From Thermoanaerobaculia bacterium (lineage in GTDB: Bacteria; Acidobacteriota; Thermoanaerobaculia; UBA5066), in assembly GCA_963719225.1 (NCBI GenBank), contig CAVRAY010000001.1:2432001-2496000 (forward strand): a DNA stretch of 64,000 bases, in the 5' to 3' direction. Shown here piece by piece: positions 50,836-62,512 of this stretch. The translations under genes were made by a program, and so were the position numbers. Below the pieces are notes generated by a model that saw nothing but the letters and a program-made list of their open reading frames with translations, had not been told where the DNA came from and made no database searches. Position 1 is the first letter of the stretch. Every line of letters begins with the position of its first letter.

Positions 50836-53800
50836 ATGCGCAACGGACGCGTGGAATCTTCGGCAAGCGGCTTGGGAGACGGCAGTCAGATCGCCAGGTC
50901 CGGACTCGAGAAGAAGGCGCTCCTCTCGGCGCTGACGCGCTTCAAACGCGGGGATTTCTCGGTGCGGCTTCCCTCCGACGAGACGGGCGTCGACGGCAAG
51001 ATCGCCGACACCTTCAACGAAGTCGTCGAGCTCAACGAGCGGATGGCAGCCGAGCTCGAACGCCTGAGCCAGGTCGTGGGAAAGGAAGGCCGCATCACGC
51101 AGCGCGCGTCGCTCGGCGACGTGCGGGGGGCGTGGGCGGCGTCGCTCGAATCGGTGAACGCCCTCATCACGGACCTCGTCGATCCCACCACCGAGACGGC
51201 CCGGGTCATCGGAGCGGTCGCCAAGGGCGATCTCTCCCAGAAGATGGAGGTGGAGAGCGAAGGGCGGCCCCTCAAGGGCGAGTTCCTGCGCACCGCGCGC
51301 ACCGTGAACACGATGGTCGACCAGCTCGCGTCGTTCGCGTCGGAGGTCACGCGCGTGGCCCGCGAGGTCGGGACCGAGGGAAAGCTCGGGGGGCAGGCCA
51401 AGGTCCGCGGCGTCGCCGGCACGTGGAAGGACCTCACGGACGGCGTCAACCTCATGGCGGGCAACCTCACGGCGCAGGTCCGGAACATCGCGACCGTCAC
51501 GACCGCGGTCGCGAACGGGGACCTCACGAAGAAGATCACCGTGGACGTCGCCGGCGAGATCCTGGAGCTGAAGGACACGATCAACAAGATGGTCGATCAG
51601 CTCCGTTCCTTCGCTTCCGAGGTGACCCGGGTCGCGCGCGAAGTCGGCACGGAAGGAAAGCTGGGCGGGCAGGCGGACGTGCGCGGTGTCGCGGGCACGT
51701 GGAAGGACCTGACCGATTCCGTGAACTCCATGGCCGGCAACCTGACGGGACAGGTGCGCAACATCGCCGCGGTCACGACGGCGGTCGCGAACGGCGACCT
51801 CTCCAAGAAAGTCACGGTCGACGTCAAGGGCGAGATCCTCGAGCTGAAGGACACGATCAACACGATGGTCGACCAGCTCTCGTCCTTCGCCGCCGAGGTC
51901 ACGCGCGTCGCGCGCGAGGTCGGCACGGAGGGAAAGCTCGGCGGCCAGGCCGACGTCCGGGGCGTCGCCGGAACGTGGAAGGACCTCACCGACTCCGTCA
52001 ACTCCATGGCCGGAAACCTGACGGCCCAGGTGCGCAACATTGCGGCCGTCACGACGGCCGTCGCGAAAGGCGACCTTTCCAAGAAGATCACCGTCGACGT
52101 GCGCGGCGAGATCCTCGAGCTCAAGGACACGATCAACACGATGGTCGACCAGCTCTCGTCCTTCGCCGCCGAGGTCACGCGCGTCGCGCGCGAGGTCGGC
52201 ACCGAGGGAAAGCTCGGCGGCCAGGCCGACGTCCGGGGCGTCGCCGGAACGTGGAAGGACCTCACCGACTCCGTCAACTCCATGGCCGGAAACCTGACAG
52301 CCCAGGTGCGCAACATCGCGGCCGTCACGACGGCCGTCGCGAACGGGGACCTCTCGAAAAAGATCACCGTCGACGTGCGCGGCGAGATCCTCGAGCTCAA
52401 GGACACGATCAACACGATGGTCGACCAGCTGCGCTCCTTCGCTTCGGAGGTCACGCGCGTCGCGCGCGAGGTGGGCACCGAGGGCAAGCTCGGCGGCCAG
52501 GCCGACGTCCGGGGCGTCGCCGGAACGTGGAAGGACCTCACGGATTCGGTCAACTCCATGGCGGGCAACCTCACGGGCCAGGTACGGAACATCGCGGCCG
52601 TCACGACGGCCGTCGCGAACGGTGACCTCTCGAAAAAGATCACGGTCGACGTGCGCGGCGAGATCCTCGAGCTCAAGGACACGATCAACACGATGGTCGA
52701 CCAGCTCTCGTCCTTTGCTGCCGAGGTCACGCGCGTCGCGCGCGAGGTCGGCACGGAGGGCAAGCTCGGCGGCCAGGCCGAGGTCCGCGGCGTCGCCGGC
52801 ACGTGGAAGGACCTCACCGACTCCGTGAACTCGATGGCCGGCAACCTCACGGGGCAGGTCCGGAACATCGCCGCCGTCACGACGGCCGTCGCGAACGGGG
52901 ACCTCTCCAAGAAGATCACGGTCGACGTCCGGGGCGAGATCCTGGAGCTCAAGGACACGATCAACACGATGGTCGACCAGCTGCGCTCCTTCGCTTCGGA
53001 GGTCACGCGCGTCGCGCGCGAAGTCGGCACGGAGGGCAAGCTGGGCGGGCAGGCCCGGGTGGAGGGCGTTTCCGGGACGTGGAAAGACCTGACCGACAAC
53101 GTGAACTCCATGGCGGGCAACCTCACGAGCCAGGTGCGCAACATCGCCGCAGTGACGACGGCCGTCGCGAAGGGAGACCTGTCGAAGAAGATCACGGTCG
53201 ACGTCGAGGGCGAGATCCTGGAGCTGAAGAACACCGTCAACACGATGGTCGACCAGCTCTCCTCGTTCGCGGCCGAGGTCACGCGCGTCGCGCGCGAAGT
53301 CGGCACGGAAGGGAACCTCGGCGGACAGGCGTACGTGCTCGGAGTCTCGGGGACCTGGAAGGACCTGACGGACAACGTGAACTCCATGGCGGGCAACCTC
53401 ACGAGCCAGGTGCGTGGCATCGCGAAGGTCGTCACGGCGGTCGCGAACGGGGACCTGAAGCAGAAGCTGACCGTCGACGCGAAGGGAGAGATCGCAGCGC
53501 TCGCCGACACGATCAACGGGATGATCGAGACGCTCGCCACGTTCGCGGACCAGGTCACGGGCGTCGCGCGCGAGGTCGGCGTCGAAGGAAAGCTCGGCGG
53601 ACAGGCCAGCGTGCCGGGCGCCGCGGGGACCTGGAAGGACCTGACGGACAACGTGAACCGGCTCGCGGCGAATCTCACGACCCAGGTGCGCGCGATCGCG
53701 AAGGTCGCGACCGCCGTCACGAAGGGCGACCTGACGCGCTCCATCCAGGTCGAAGCCCAGGGAGAGGTCGCCGCGCTCAAGGACAACATCAACGAGATGA

Positions 53801-56574
53801 TCCGGAACCTCAAGGACACGACGCTCAAGAACAGCGAGCAGGACTGGCTGAAGACGAACCTCGCGAAGTTCAGCCGCATGCTCCAGGGCCAGCGCGACAT
53901 CCTTGCGGTCGGACAGTTGATTCTCTCGGAGCTCGTGCCGGTCGTCTCGGCGCAGCAGGCCGTGTTCTACACGCTGGACAAGGGCGAGTCCGGCCCCGAG
54001 CTCCGCCTCCTCGCGGGGTATGCGACCTCCGAGAGGAAGCGCGTCTTCCGCCTCGGGGAAGGCCTGATCGGACAGTGCGCGCGCGAGAACAGGAAAATCG
54101 TCCTCAAGGACGTCCCGAAGGAATACGCGCAGATCTCCTCGGGCCTCGGGGAGGCATCGCCACTGAACCTCATCGTGCTACCCGTCGTTTTCGAGGGCCA
54201 GGTCAAGGCCGTGCTCGAGCTCGCGTCCTTCGAGGCGTTCAATCCGACGCACGAGGCTTTTCTCGCAGAGCTCACGGAGTCGATCGGCATCGTCCTCAAC
54301 ACGATCCAGGCGAACACCCGGACGGAAGACCTCCTCGCCCAGAGCCAGTCCCTCGCCCGCGAGCTCCAGAGCCAGCAGGAAGTCCTTCAGCAGACGAACC
54401 AGGAGCTGGGAGAGAAGGCGGGACTTCTCGCCGAGCAGAACGCCGAAGTCGAGCGCAAGAACCACGAGGTCGAGCAGGCGCGCCAGGCCCTGGAGGAAAA
54501 GGCGAAGCAGCTCGCCCTGACGTCGAAGTACAAGTCGGAGTTCCTCGCGAACATGTCACACGAGCTCCGGACGCCCCTGAACAGCCTCCTGATCCTCTCC
54601 GACCAGCTCTCACAGAACCGGGACGGGAACCTCACGGAGAAGGAGACGGAGTTCGCCAAGACGATCCACTCGGCCGGAAACGATCTCCTGAACCTGATCA
54701 ACGACATCCTCGATCTCTCGAAGATCGAGTCCGGCACGGTCGTCATCGACGTCGGCGACGTTCGATTCGCGGACCTGCAGCAATACGTCGAGCGCACGTT
54801 CCGGCACGTGGCCGCGGCGAAGGGCCTGGACTTCCGGGTCCAGCTGGATTCCGCCCTGCCGCATTCCCTGAAGACGGATTCGAAGAGACTCCAGCAGGTC
54901 ATCAAGAACATGCTCTCGAACGCCTTCAAGTTCACGGAACGCGGAGAGGTGGTGCTGTCGGTCTCGCGGCCGGAGAGCGGGTGGGGACAGGATCACGAGA
55001 TCCTCGCCAAGGCCCGCGGCGTCCTCGCGATCTCGGTCCGCGACACGGGCATCGGCATCGCACCCGACAAGCAGCAGATCATCTTCGAGGCATTTCAGCA
55101 GGCCGACGGCTCGACGAGCCGCAAGTACGGCGGAACGGGCCTCGGCCTCGCGATCAGCCGCGAAATCGCCCGGCTCCTCGGCGGCGAGATCCGTCTCGTG
55201 AGCGTGCCGGGCGCGGGAAGCATGTTCACCCTGTACCTGCCGCAGTCGTACGTCCCGCCGAAGCAGGCGGCGCGTACGGACACGGAGCCCGCGGCGACGA
55301 CCGGCGTCGTCACTCTCATGTCCGAGCGCGACGCCGCGCGCGAGCCGGACCCGGTGGCCGCAACGCCTCTCGACGTCGCGGACGACCGCGAGACCATCCA
55401 GCCCGGCGACAGAGTCCTCCTCATCGTCGACAACGACGAGAACTTCGCGCGTTTCCTGCTCGACATGGCGCACGAGAACGGATTCAAGGCCGTCGTCACC
55501 GCTCGCGGAGCCGACGCCGTCTCGATCGCGCGGGAACGCGTTCCCGACGCCGTGACTCTCGACCTCCAGCTTCCCGACATGGACGGCTGGCGCGTCCTGG
55601 ACCGCCTCAAGAGCGACCTGTCGACCCGGCACATCCCGGTCTACGTCATCTCGACCCAGGACGACGCGGACCGGGGCGTCATCCTGGGGGCGCTCGGAGT
55701 TCTCAGGAAGCCCATCAAGAGCAAGACGATGCTGGACGCCGTCTTCGAGACGGTGAAGTCGTTCCTGACGAGGCCCGAGCGGGAAATCCTCCTCGTGGCG
55801 CGGGAAAGCGCTCTCGGCCCCCTGGCCACGTGTCTCGACGGAGTGCCATTGCGTGCCGTTCTGCCGGGGCCCGGAGCGCTCGGCGCGCTCGACGAGAAGC
55901 CGTACCGCTGCGTCCTCCTCGCGCCGGCCCTGGACGAGGAAGACTCGCTCGCGACGTCGGAGGAGCTCCTCCGCCTCAGCTCCTCACGATCGATCCCGGT
56001 GCTCGCGTGGCTTCCCGACTCCCCCTCGAGCGCCGAGGAAGACGCGATCCGCCGGCTCGGGCGGGCAGGTCCGTTCCGGCCGGTCTCGTCTCACGAGCGT
56101 CTCGTGGATCAATCGGCACTCTTCCTCCACCAGAGCCTGAGTCAGATCCCCGCCGAACGCCGTCACCTGATCGAAAGCCTCTATTCGAACGAGCGCGCAC
56201 TCGCCGGCCGTACCGTGCTCATCGTGGACGACGACATCCGCAACATCTTCGCGATGACGAGCGTCCTCGAGCGCCACGACATGCGGGTCATGGCCGCCGA
56301 GACGGGGCGCGCGGCGATCGCCACGCTGGAGACCACCGAGGGCATCGACATCGTGTTGATGGACATCATGATGCCCGACATGGACGGGTACGACACCTTG
56401 CGCGCGATCCGAAAGCTCCCGCGGTTCCGATCCCTGCCCATCATCGCGGTCACGGCCAAGGCGATGAAAGGGGACCGGGAGAAGACGCTCGAGGCGGGGG
56501 CGTGGGATTACCTCGCGAAACCCGTGGATGCGGACTACATGCTCTCGGTCCTTCGCGCATGGCTGCACCGCTGA
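50836..56574 (+). CDS. poly-HAMP hybrid histidine kinase (HAMP array-GAF-HisKA-HATPase-REC x3)
   Basis: About 10 tandem 92-aa repeats; [20 protein letters not shown] and receiver domains (the middle one degenerate). Confidence 0.95.
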   Translation: MRNGRVESSASGLGDGSQIARSGLEKKALLSALTRFKRGDFSVRLPSDETGVDGKIADTFNEVVELNERMAAELERLSQVVGKEGRITQRASLGDVRGAWAASLESVNALITDLVDPTTETARVIGAVAKGDLSQKMEVESEGRPLKGEFLRTARTVNTMVDQLASFASEVTRVAREVGTEGKLGGQAKVRGVAGTWKDLTDGVNLMAGNLTAQVRNIATVTTAVANGDLTKKITVDVAGEILELKDTINKMVDQLRSFASEVTRVAREVGTEGKLGGQADVRGVAGTWKDLTDSVNSMAGNLTGQVRNIAAVTTAVANGDLSKKVTVDVKGEILELKDTINTMVDQLSSFAAEVTRVAREVGTEGKLGGQADVRGVAGTWKDLTDSVNSMAGNLTAQVRNIAAVTTAVAKGDLSKKITVDVRGEILELKDTINTMVDQLSSFAAEVTRVAREVGTEGKLGGQADVRGVAGTWKDLTDSVNSMAGNLTAQVRNIAAVTTAVANGDLSKKITVDVRGEILELKDTINTMVDQLRSFASEVTRVAREVGTEGKLGGQADVRGVAGTWKDLTDSVNSMAGNLTGQVRNIAAVTTAVANGDLSKKITVDVRGEILELKDTINTMVDQLSSFAAEVTRVAREVGTEGKLGGQAEVRGVAGTWKDLTDSVNSMAGNLTGQVRNIAAVTTAVANGDLSKKITVDVRGEILELKDTINTMVDQLRSFASEVTRVAREVGTEGKLGGQARVEGVSGTWKDLTDNVNSMAGNLTSQVRNIAAVTTAVAKGDLSKKITVDVEGEILELKNTVNTMVDQLSSFAAEVTRVAREVGTEGNLGGQAYVLGVSGTWKDLTDNVNSMAGNLTSQVRGIAKVVTAVANGDLKQKLTVDAKGEIAALADTINGMIETLATFADQVTGVAREVGVEGKLGGQASVPGAAGTWKDLTDNVNRLAANLTTQVRAIAKVATAVTKGDLTRSIQVEAQGEVAALKDNINEMIRNLKDTTLKNSEQDWLKTNLAKFSRMLQGQRDILAVGQLILSELVPVVSAQQAVFYTLDKGESGPELRLLAGYATSERKRVFRLGEGLIGQCARENRKIVLKDVPKEYAQISSGLGEASPLNLIVLPVVFEGQVKAVLELASFEAFNPTHEAFLAELTESIGIVLNTIQANTRTEDLLAQSQSLARELQSQQEVLQQTNQELGEKAGLLAEQNAEVERKNHEVEQARQALEEKAKQLALTSKYKSEFLANMSHELRTPLNSLLILSDQLSQNRDGNLTEKETEFAKTIHSAGNDLLNLINDILDLSKIESGTVVIDVGDVRFADLQQYVERTFRHVAAAKGLDFRVQLDSALPHSLKTDSKRLQQVIKNMLSNAFKFTERGEVVLSVSRPESGWGQDHEILAKARGVLAISVRDTGIGIAPDKQQIIFEAFQQADGSTSRKYGGTGLGLAISREIARLLGGEIRLVSVPGAGSMFTLYLPQSYVPPKQAARTDTEPAATTGVVTLMSERDAAREPDPVAATPLDVADDRETIQPGDRVLLIVDNDENFARFLLDMAHENGFKAVVTARGADAVSIARERVPDAVTLDLQLPDMDGWRVLDRLKSDLSTRHIPVYVISTQDDADRGVILGALGVLRKPIKSKTMLDAVFETVKSFLTRPEREILLVARESALGPLATCLDGVPLRAVLPGPGALGALDEKPYRCVLLAPALDEEDSLATSEELLRLSSSRSIPVLAWLPDSPSSAEEDAIRRLGRAGPFRPVSSHERLVDQSALFLHQSLSQIPAERRHLIESLYSNERALAGRTVLIVDDDIRNIFAMTSVLERHDMRVMAAETGRAAIATLETTEGIDIVLMDIMMPDMDGYDTLRAIRKLPRFRSLPIIAVTAKAMKGDREKTLEAGAWDYLAKPVDADYMLSVLRAWLHR
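51300..53790 (+). repeat. 276-bp tandem coding repeat (HAMP units)
   Basis: The REVG codon block recurs at 51361, 51637, 51913, 52189, 52465, 52741, 53017, 53293 and 53569. Confidence 0.92.
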
Positions 56575-58984
56575 GCTCCGGGACCGCGGGCAGGCGCGGG
56601 GCGATTCTCGCCGTGGACGACAACCCGGAGAAGCTCTTCGCTCTTCGCGCGGTCCTCTCCGACCTCGGCGAGGAGATCGTCGAGGCGCGTTCCGGGAGAG
56701 AGGCTCTTCGCCACCTCCTGGGGCGCGAGTTCTCGGTGATCCTCCTGGACGTCAACATGCCGGGAATGGACGGCTTCGAGACCGCGGCCCTGATTCGACA
56801 ACGGAAGATCTCGGAGCACACGCCGATCATCTTCGTAACGGCCTTCAGCGACGACACGCACGTGGCGCGTGGCTACTCCCTCGGCGCCGTCGACTACATC
56901 ATTGCGCCCGTCGTGCCGGAAGTCCTCAAGTCGAAAGTCGGGGTGTTCATCGACCTCTTCCGCCAGGCCGCCCAGATCCGTGCCCAGGCCGAATCCCTGA
57001 GAGCCCGCGCGGAACAACTTCATCGCCTGACCCGCGCTTCTCTCGCCATCAACGCCGCCCTCTCCCTGGACGCGATGCTGCGCGTCGTCGCCGAGCGCGC
57101 GCGCGAGCTCCTCGGGGCGCGCGAAGCCGTCGCGATCGCGCTCGCCGACGACGCCGGTCTCACCACGCGTGCCTTCGCCGCGACGCGGGAAGGCACCGAA
57201 GAGCTGTCCGCCGCGGCGTGCGACGCGTGGTACGGCGCCGTCCAGAGGCCTCCCGGCTCCTCCGCCATCATCGCGGATGCCGATCGCAGGAAGCTGTCGA
57301 CGCCCCTGACGCGACGCGACGGCTCCGATCTCGGCTGGATCCACGTGGTCGATGCGCCGACGGAGACGTTCACAGCGGACGACGAGGCTCTCCTCGTCCC
57401 GCTGTCTCAGATGGCGGCGATCGCGATCGAGAACGCTCTCTCGAGCGACCTGCGCGAAGCCAACCGCCTCAAGGACGAGTTCCTGACGACCCTCTCGCAC
57501 GAGCTCAGGACGCCGCTTTCCGCCGTGCTCGGATGGGCGCGCCTCCTGCGCGGCTCGGCCGGCGACCCGGCCCGCGTCGACCACGGCCTCGAGGTGATCG
57601 AGCGAAACGCCCTCTCGCAGGCCAGGATGGTGGAGGATCTCCTCGACATCTCCCGGATCGCGCTCGGGAAGCTGCGCTTCGCGCGGAGAACGATCGAGCT
57701 GGTTCCGCTCCTCCACACCGCCGTCGAGGCCATGCGGCCGGCCGCTCTCGCCAAGCGACTCTCGCTTCGCTTCCGGGCGGACCCGGAGCTCGGCTCCCTC
57801 GGCACGGTCTCCGGAGATCCGGAGCGCCTCCAGCAGGTGTTCCGCAACCTGCTCTCGAACGCGTTGAAGTTCACGGGTCAGGGCGGGCACGTCGACGTCT
57901 CGTTGACCCGGGAGGGAGATGACTTCCTCGTCGCCATCCGGGACGACGGCATCGGGATCAGCCCGGCTTTCCTCGGGCTCGTCTTCGAGCGTTTCCGGCA
58001 GGCGGACGCATCGAGCTCCCGCTGGCACAGCGGGCTCGGCATCGGGCTCTCGATCGTGCGGCACATCATGGACGCTCACGGGGGAAGCGTCGCCGCGGAC
58101 AGCGCGGGGCCCGGCCACGGCGCGACCTTCACCGTGAGGCTTCCCGCGGCCCTGCCTGCGGAGACCTCGGGGGAAGTCGAAACCGCCGCCGAATCGAGTC
58201 TCTTGAGCCTCGCCGGGATGCGGATCCTTCTCGTCGACGACGACCTGGACGGCCGGGAGGCGATCCACGAAGCGCTGTCCTCTTACGGCGCGGAAGTCAC
58301 ATTAGCCGAATCCATGGCGGAGGCACTCTCGCGGCTCGAACCGCTCCACGACATCCTCGTCAGCGACATCGGGATGCCCGGCGGCGACGGCTACGAGCTC
58401 CTGGCCCGGATCCGCAGACGAGAGCCGGAAGGCGGCGGCGCGATTCCCGCCATCGCGTTGACGGCGTACGCGCGACCCGTCGATCGGCGCAGGGCTCTGG
58501 AGGCCGGCTTCAACGCCCATGTCGCGAAGCCGGTCGATCCGGCATCCCTCGTCGCGACGGTGCTCGGACTCACGCGCCGGTCTCCGGATTCCGCGATCCC
58601 GGCGGAGGCGCCGGCCAGGACCTCTTCCCGGAGGATCCTCGTGGTGGACGACGACCCGGACAATCTCGAGGGAATCCGCCTCCTGCTCGAAATGAGCGGG
58701 TACGTCGTGGACATCGCGGAAACCGGCCGCGAAGCGATCGAGAAGGCGCGCCGCAACGGCGCCGACGTCGCGCTTCTCGACTGGCGGCTGCCGGACATGT
58801 CGGGACACGAGGTCGCCGAGGTGCTCCGCCGCGAGCGAGCGCCGCTCCCGATCCTCCTCGTCGCCATCTCCGGACTCTCTCCCTCGAGGCCGAAGCGGGA
58901 GCTTCCTCCTTCGACGCGTGGCTCTCCAAGCCTTTCGACGTCAGCCGGCTGAGCGCGCTCCTGGAGTCCCGGGCGAGGGCCTGA
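56559..58984 (+). CDS. hybrid histidine kinase (REC-GAF-like-HisKA-HATPase-REC-REC), frameshifted near 58880
   Basis: Motifs [15 protein letters not shown] and GLGIGL. The last receiver's [10 protein letters not shown] continues in the -1 frame to TGA 58984. Confidence 0.88.
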
Positions 58985-58999
58985 CCTTTTCCCGACCGC

Positions 59000-59317
59000 T
59001 CACCGCTTCTCGACCTGCAGCTCGTTGTTGACCCTCACGACGCCCTCGACCGAGCGCGCGATCTCGCCCGCGTCGATGCGGTCCTTCTCGGTCTTCACCT
59101 GACCCGCGAGCGTCACGATGCCGTTCGTCGAGTTGACCTCGATGTTCGTCAGCGTCGAGAACCGAACGTCTTTCGCGAGCTTCGCCTTCACGGCGACCTT
59201 GATTCCCGCGTCGTCCACCTGCTTCCCGGCGGACTGTGTCGTGCGGCATCCGCCCGTCGCGGCGGCTCCGCTGACCGAGAGAGCGAGGATGAGCGCGACC
59301 CCTTGAAGATTCTTCAT
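59000..59317 (-). CDS. BON-domain (OsmY-like) lipoprotein
   Basis: Signal peptide ending ..GGC; DDAGIKVAVKAKL, GIVTLAG and VEGVVRVNNEL. Confidence 0.9.
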   Translation of the reverse strand: MKNLQGVALILALSVSGAAATGGCRTTQSAGKQVDDAGIKVAVKAKLAKDVRFSTLTNIEVNSTNGIVTLAGQVKTEKDRIDAGEIARSVEGVVRVNNELQVEKR

Positions 59318-59345
59318 CGAAAGTTTTCCTCCTGACTTCGTCGGA

Positions 59346-59360
59346 GCAACTCCGATGCCC
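59346..59360 (-). promoter_or_regulatory. sigma54-type promoter upstream of the BON gene
   Basis: GGGCAT-CGGAG-TTGC on the minus strand. Confidence 0.55.
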
Positions 59361-59399
59361 ATGGCACGGCACCGCCGATGTCAAACCGGGCCGGGTGCC

Positions 59400-59609
59400 T
59401 CAGGACGAAGACCGCTTGGAGCGCGAGGACGAGCGCTTGGACGGGACTTTCCCGCCGGCCCGCCGGGCTTCCGACAGCCCGATGGCGATCGCCTGCTTCC
59501 GACTCTTCACCTTCCTGCCCGACGCTCCCGACTTCAGCTCGCCCCGCTTCATCTCGTGCATGGCGCGTTCGACCTTCTGCGAAGCCTTTTTCCCGTACTT
59601 GGTGGCCAT
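59400..59609 (-). CDS. small basic protein (DUF6496-like)
   Basis: KVERAMHEMKRGELKSG...VKSRKQAIAIGLSEAR; GGAGG RBS. Confidence 0.85.
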   Translation of the reverse strand: MATKYGKKASQKVERAMHEMKRGELKSGASGRKVKSRKQAIAIGLSEARRAGGKVPSKRSSSRSKRSSS

Positions 59610-59659
59610 GGTTCCTCCTCGAGGTTTTTTCATCCGCATCGAGCGGAGACCCTGGAGGT

Positions 59660-59674
59660 GCACGAGTCGTGCCG
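59660..59674 (-). promoter_or_regulatory. sigma54-type promoter upstream of the DUF6496-like gene
   Basis: CGGCAC-GACTC-GTGC on the minus strand. Confidence 0.55.
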
Positions 59675-59720
59675 GAGGAGAGGGTATGCTTTCCCCGACA
59701 CGACGAGTGAGTCGGGACTA

Positions 59721-60833
59721 ATGGCAGAAGCTGAGGCGGCTCTTCCGGAACGCGAGGACGAAGACGGCATCCGTCTGCTTGCCGCGATCGTGGAGTCCAG
59801 CGAGGACGCGATCATCGCCAAGGACCTTCGGGGCCGTATCGTCGAATGGAATCGTTCGGCCGAGCGGCTCTTCGGATACCCGCGGGAAGAGGTGCTCGGC
59901 CGTTCGATCGAGATCCTGATGCCGCCGGACAGGGCGGACGATTGGCGGCAGATCCTGGCGCGCGTCATCGCCGGGGAGCGCGTGGAGCACTTCGAAACGC
60001 GCCGCCGGACGCGCGACGGCCGGATCCTCGACGTGTCTCTCACGGTCTCTCCGGTGCGCGACGAGGAGGGCCGGATCGTGGGCGCCGCGAAGATCGTCCG
60101 CGACATCACGGCCGAACGGGCGGCGTGGCAGGAGAGCGAGAAGACGCGGGAGCTGCTGCTCGGAACGCTCAGCCACGACCTGAGGACGCCTCTCAACACG
60201 ATCAACGTGTCCGTACACACCTTGAAGCGGCATGCCGCCGAGGCGGATCAGAAAGTGCTCTCGCGGATCTCGAAGAGTACGGAGCGCATGTCGCGCATGA
60301 TCGACCAGCTCCTGGACTTCACGCAGAGCCGTCTCGGCGGCGGGATCCCGATACACCCGCAGAGCATCGACCTCGCCGCCGTCTGCCGAAGCGTCGCGGA
60401 CGAGTTCGAGGCTCTTCATCCCGGACGGGTGCGCTTCTCGACGGAGGGGGACTTGAGGGGCACCTGGGACGGCGACCGGCTCGCCCAGGTCCTTTCGAAC
60501 CTGCTGTCGAACGCCTTCAAGTACGGCGATCCGGGCGCGCCCGTCGCGTTCCGGGGCCGCTGCGTCGACGCCGGCGTCGTCGTCCACGTGACGAATCAAG
60601 GGCCGGAGATCCCGGCCACTCTTCGGGACGTGATCTTCGATCCGTTCCAGCGCGGTCCGGCCGAACAGCATCGCGGAACCAAGGGGATCGGGCTGGGCCT
60701 CTACATCGCGGAGCAGATCGTGCGCGCGCACCACGGCGACATCACGGTGCGCTCCGCAGCTGCCGGAGGCACGACGTTTGCCGTGAGACTGCCGCGTTCA
60801 ATCGAAGGAGCTTCGACCGACTCCTTTCCCTGA
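59721..60833 (+). CDS. PAS-domain sensor histidine kinase
   Basis: PAS/PAC (AIVESSEDAII, WNRSAERLFGY); SHDLRTPL, NAFKY and GIGLGLYI. Confidence 0.92.
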   Translation: MAEAEAALPEREDEDGIRLLAAIVESSEDAIIAKDLRGRIVEWNRSAERLFGYPREEVLGRSIEILMPPDRADDWRQILARVIAGERVEHFETRRRTRDGRILDVSLTVSPVRDEEGRIVGAAKIVRDITAERAAWQESEKTRELLLGTLSHDLRTPLNTINVSVHTLKRHAAEADQKVLSRISKSTERMSRMIDQLLDFTQSRLGGGIPIHPQSIDLAAVCRSVADEFEALHPGRVRFSTEGDLRGTWDGDRLAQVLSNLLSNAFKYGDPGAPVAFRGRCVDAGVVVHVTNQGPEIPATLRDVIFDPFQRGPAEQHRGTKGIGLGLYIAEQIVRAHHGDITVRSAAAGGTTFAVRLPRSIEGASTDSFP

Positions 60834-60956
60834 ACGGAACGCCCTCGCCGTTACGACATCGCCCACTCAGACGCATCGCGAGGATCGACTTTCCGCATCC
60901 TGCCGCGCCGCAGACCCGCGTGGGACGCCCCCGTGGCAGGCCCGCCCGCGGTCGGA

Positions 60957-61457
60957 TTATTTTCCGTGCACGCGGGTCCACGAGTCGCGCGTGGCGTCCC
61001 GGACCTCGTCCCACTCGTAGCGGCTGTTTCCGCGAGCGGTCGGCCACGTGCGCTCGAGCTCGGACTCCACGTCCTCGAACCTCTGCTCGGCCTTCGCGTC
61101 CGCGGCCCGCTCCCATCCGTGCCGGTAAGCCGGCTCGAGATCCTCGAACTTCCGGTCCCTGCGATAGTACGGGCGGGTGGCGTACGCCGATCTCCAGTAG
61201 GCGACCTCGACTGTCGGATCCAGCGCCTCTCCGGCGGCGTGACCGGCTGCTCCGCCCGCCATCGCTCCGGCGACGCCTCCGACCACCGCTCCGACCGGCC
61301 CCCCGACCGCGGCGCCGACCGCGGCGCCCGCGGCTGCCCCGCCGGCGGACCCCAATCCGGTGCCGACGGGGTGGGAGCCTGGTTCGCCGGTAATCGGATC
61401 CCGGTTGGGGTTGGACTCGACAATGGTTTCGGACATCTCCTCAGTCCTTTTCATCAT
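60957..61457 (-). CDS. glycine-zipper-containing hypothetical protein
   Basis: NRDPITGEPGSHPVGTG followed by GxxxG repeats; C-terminal YW..Y..RPY...W. Confidence 0.8.
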   Translation of the reverse strand: MMKRTEEMSETIVESNPNRDPITGEPGSHPVGTGLGSAGGAAAGAAVGAAVGGPVGAVVGGVAGAMAGGAAGHAAGEALDPTVEVAYWRSAYATRPYYRRDRKFEDLEPAYRHGWERAADAKAEQRFEDVESELERTWPTARGNSRYEWDEVRDATRDSWTRVHGK

Positions 61458-61500
61458 CTGTTCTCCATTTATCTCTTCCTCGAGGTTTCGTAATCGAGCT

Positions 61501-61839
61501 CTAGCGCCGGCTCGCGAGGTACCCCACGAGGAGTCCCGCGGCGAACGCCCCGACCGCGACGACGGCGGTGTTGTCGTCGGCGTACACGGAGACGCGTTCA
61601 GCCGTTTGAGACATCCGCCGCTTTCCGCGCTCCAGGTAGTCCCTGGCGACTTCGCGTCCGGAACCGGCCGCATCTTCGGCCGCTCCGCGTACCTCGTCAC
61701 CCAGATCCCTGGCGGCGTCCTTGCCCCGGCTCACCGCCTCGTCGAAGTCACTCTTGAGCTCTCTCCCGATCCTCTGTGCGTCCTTCGCGGCCTTTCGCGC
61801 AGCGTCCTGGGAAGTCGAAGAATCGAGAATAGTTTCCAT
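61501..61839 (-). CDS. DUF883/ElaB/YqjD-like tail-anchored protein
   Basis: Helical charged body; C-terminal TM segment AVVAVGAFAAGLLVGYLASRR; GGAGG RBS. Confidence 0.8.
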   Translation of the reverse strand: METILDSSTSQDAARKAAKDAQRIGRELKSDFDEAVSRGKDAARDLGDEVRGAAEDAAGSGREVARDYLERGKRRMSQTAERVSVYADDNTAVVAVGAFAAGLLVGYLASRR

Positions 61840-61863
61840 AGGAACCTCCGGAGACACGGCAGC

Positions 61864-61878
61864 GCAACACGTGTGCCA
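61864..61878 (-). promoter_or_regulatory. sigma54 promoter (consensus match) upstream of the DUF883-like gene
   Basis: TGGCAC-ACGTG-TTGC on the minus strand. Confidence 0.75.
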
Positions 61879-61890
61879 GAGATCCAGGCC

Positions 61891-62322
61891 TTACCAGCGG
61901 CGACGAATCGCGCGGGGAGGCAGGTGGCGGTCGACGGCCGCCAGAAGCGCGTCGAAGTTGACGGGCTTCTTGAAAAAACCGGCGTCGGTTTCGCACGGCG
62001 GGGCGTCGGAATCGGAGGCCACGCCCGACATGATGGCGATCGGGATCCTGGGAAGCTCCGGCATCCGTTCCAGAGCGGATACGAAATCCCAGCCGTTCAT
62101 CGTCGGCATGTTGAGGTCGAGAAGGATCACGCCCGGCCAGACTTCCTTGCCGAGGAGGAAAAGTGCCTCGGCCCCGTTCGACGCTCCCATCGCGCTCCGA
62201 CCCTCGAGCCGGAAGAACCCGATGAGCCCCTCGCGCAAGGTGGCATCGTCGTCGACGACCAGGACGTCGGGGCTCAAGGCCCGTTGGACAGATCGGCGTC
62301 CCATGGCCGCTGTGCTTCTCAT
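61891..62322 (-). CDS. single-domain response regulator
   Basis: Motifs VLVVDDD, LLDLNMP, MSG and KKPV. Confidence 0.88.
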   Translation of the reverse strand: MRSTAAMGRRSVQRALSPDVLVVDDDATLREGLIGFFRLEGRSAMGASNGAEALFLLGKEVWPGVILLDLNMPTMNGWDFVSALERMPELPRIPIAIMSGVASDSDAPPCETDAGFFKKPVNFDALLAAVDRHLPPRAIRRRW

Positions 62323-62446
62323 GTTGTCTCCCGGGCCCCGCTTCGGCTCCATCTGCGGCTTGCCCCGCCCGCCGCGCCGCAAGTTGCGGGCCATGGAAGG
62401 AATGACTCAACGGCGAAAGAACGTGGCGAACTCACCGTGCCGCGCT

Positions 62447-62461
62447 CGGCACGGGAGTTGC
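62447..62461 (+). promoter_or_regulatory. sigma54-type promoter upstream of the hemerythrin gene
   Basis: CGGCAC-GGGAG-TTGC. Confidence 0.68.
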
Positions 62462-62512
62462 GGATAGCGTCTGCGCGTTCGGCACCAAGGAAAGAAATGC
62501 CAGGAGGGCCAT

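Noticed and set aside
51300-53790. Regular repeats considered as a CRISPR array
   Set aside because: They are in-frame 276-bp coding units with no unique spacers, and no cas genes are present.
52803-56558. N-terminal part of the 2049-aa ORF 52803..58952
   Set aside because: Arg/Gly-rich shadow frame of the poly-HAMP kinase. The real gene starts at 56559.
62426-62442. Possible sixth sigma54 box (CGGCAC-GGTGA-GTTC) for the response regulator
   Set aside because: It lacks the GC at the -12 position.
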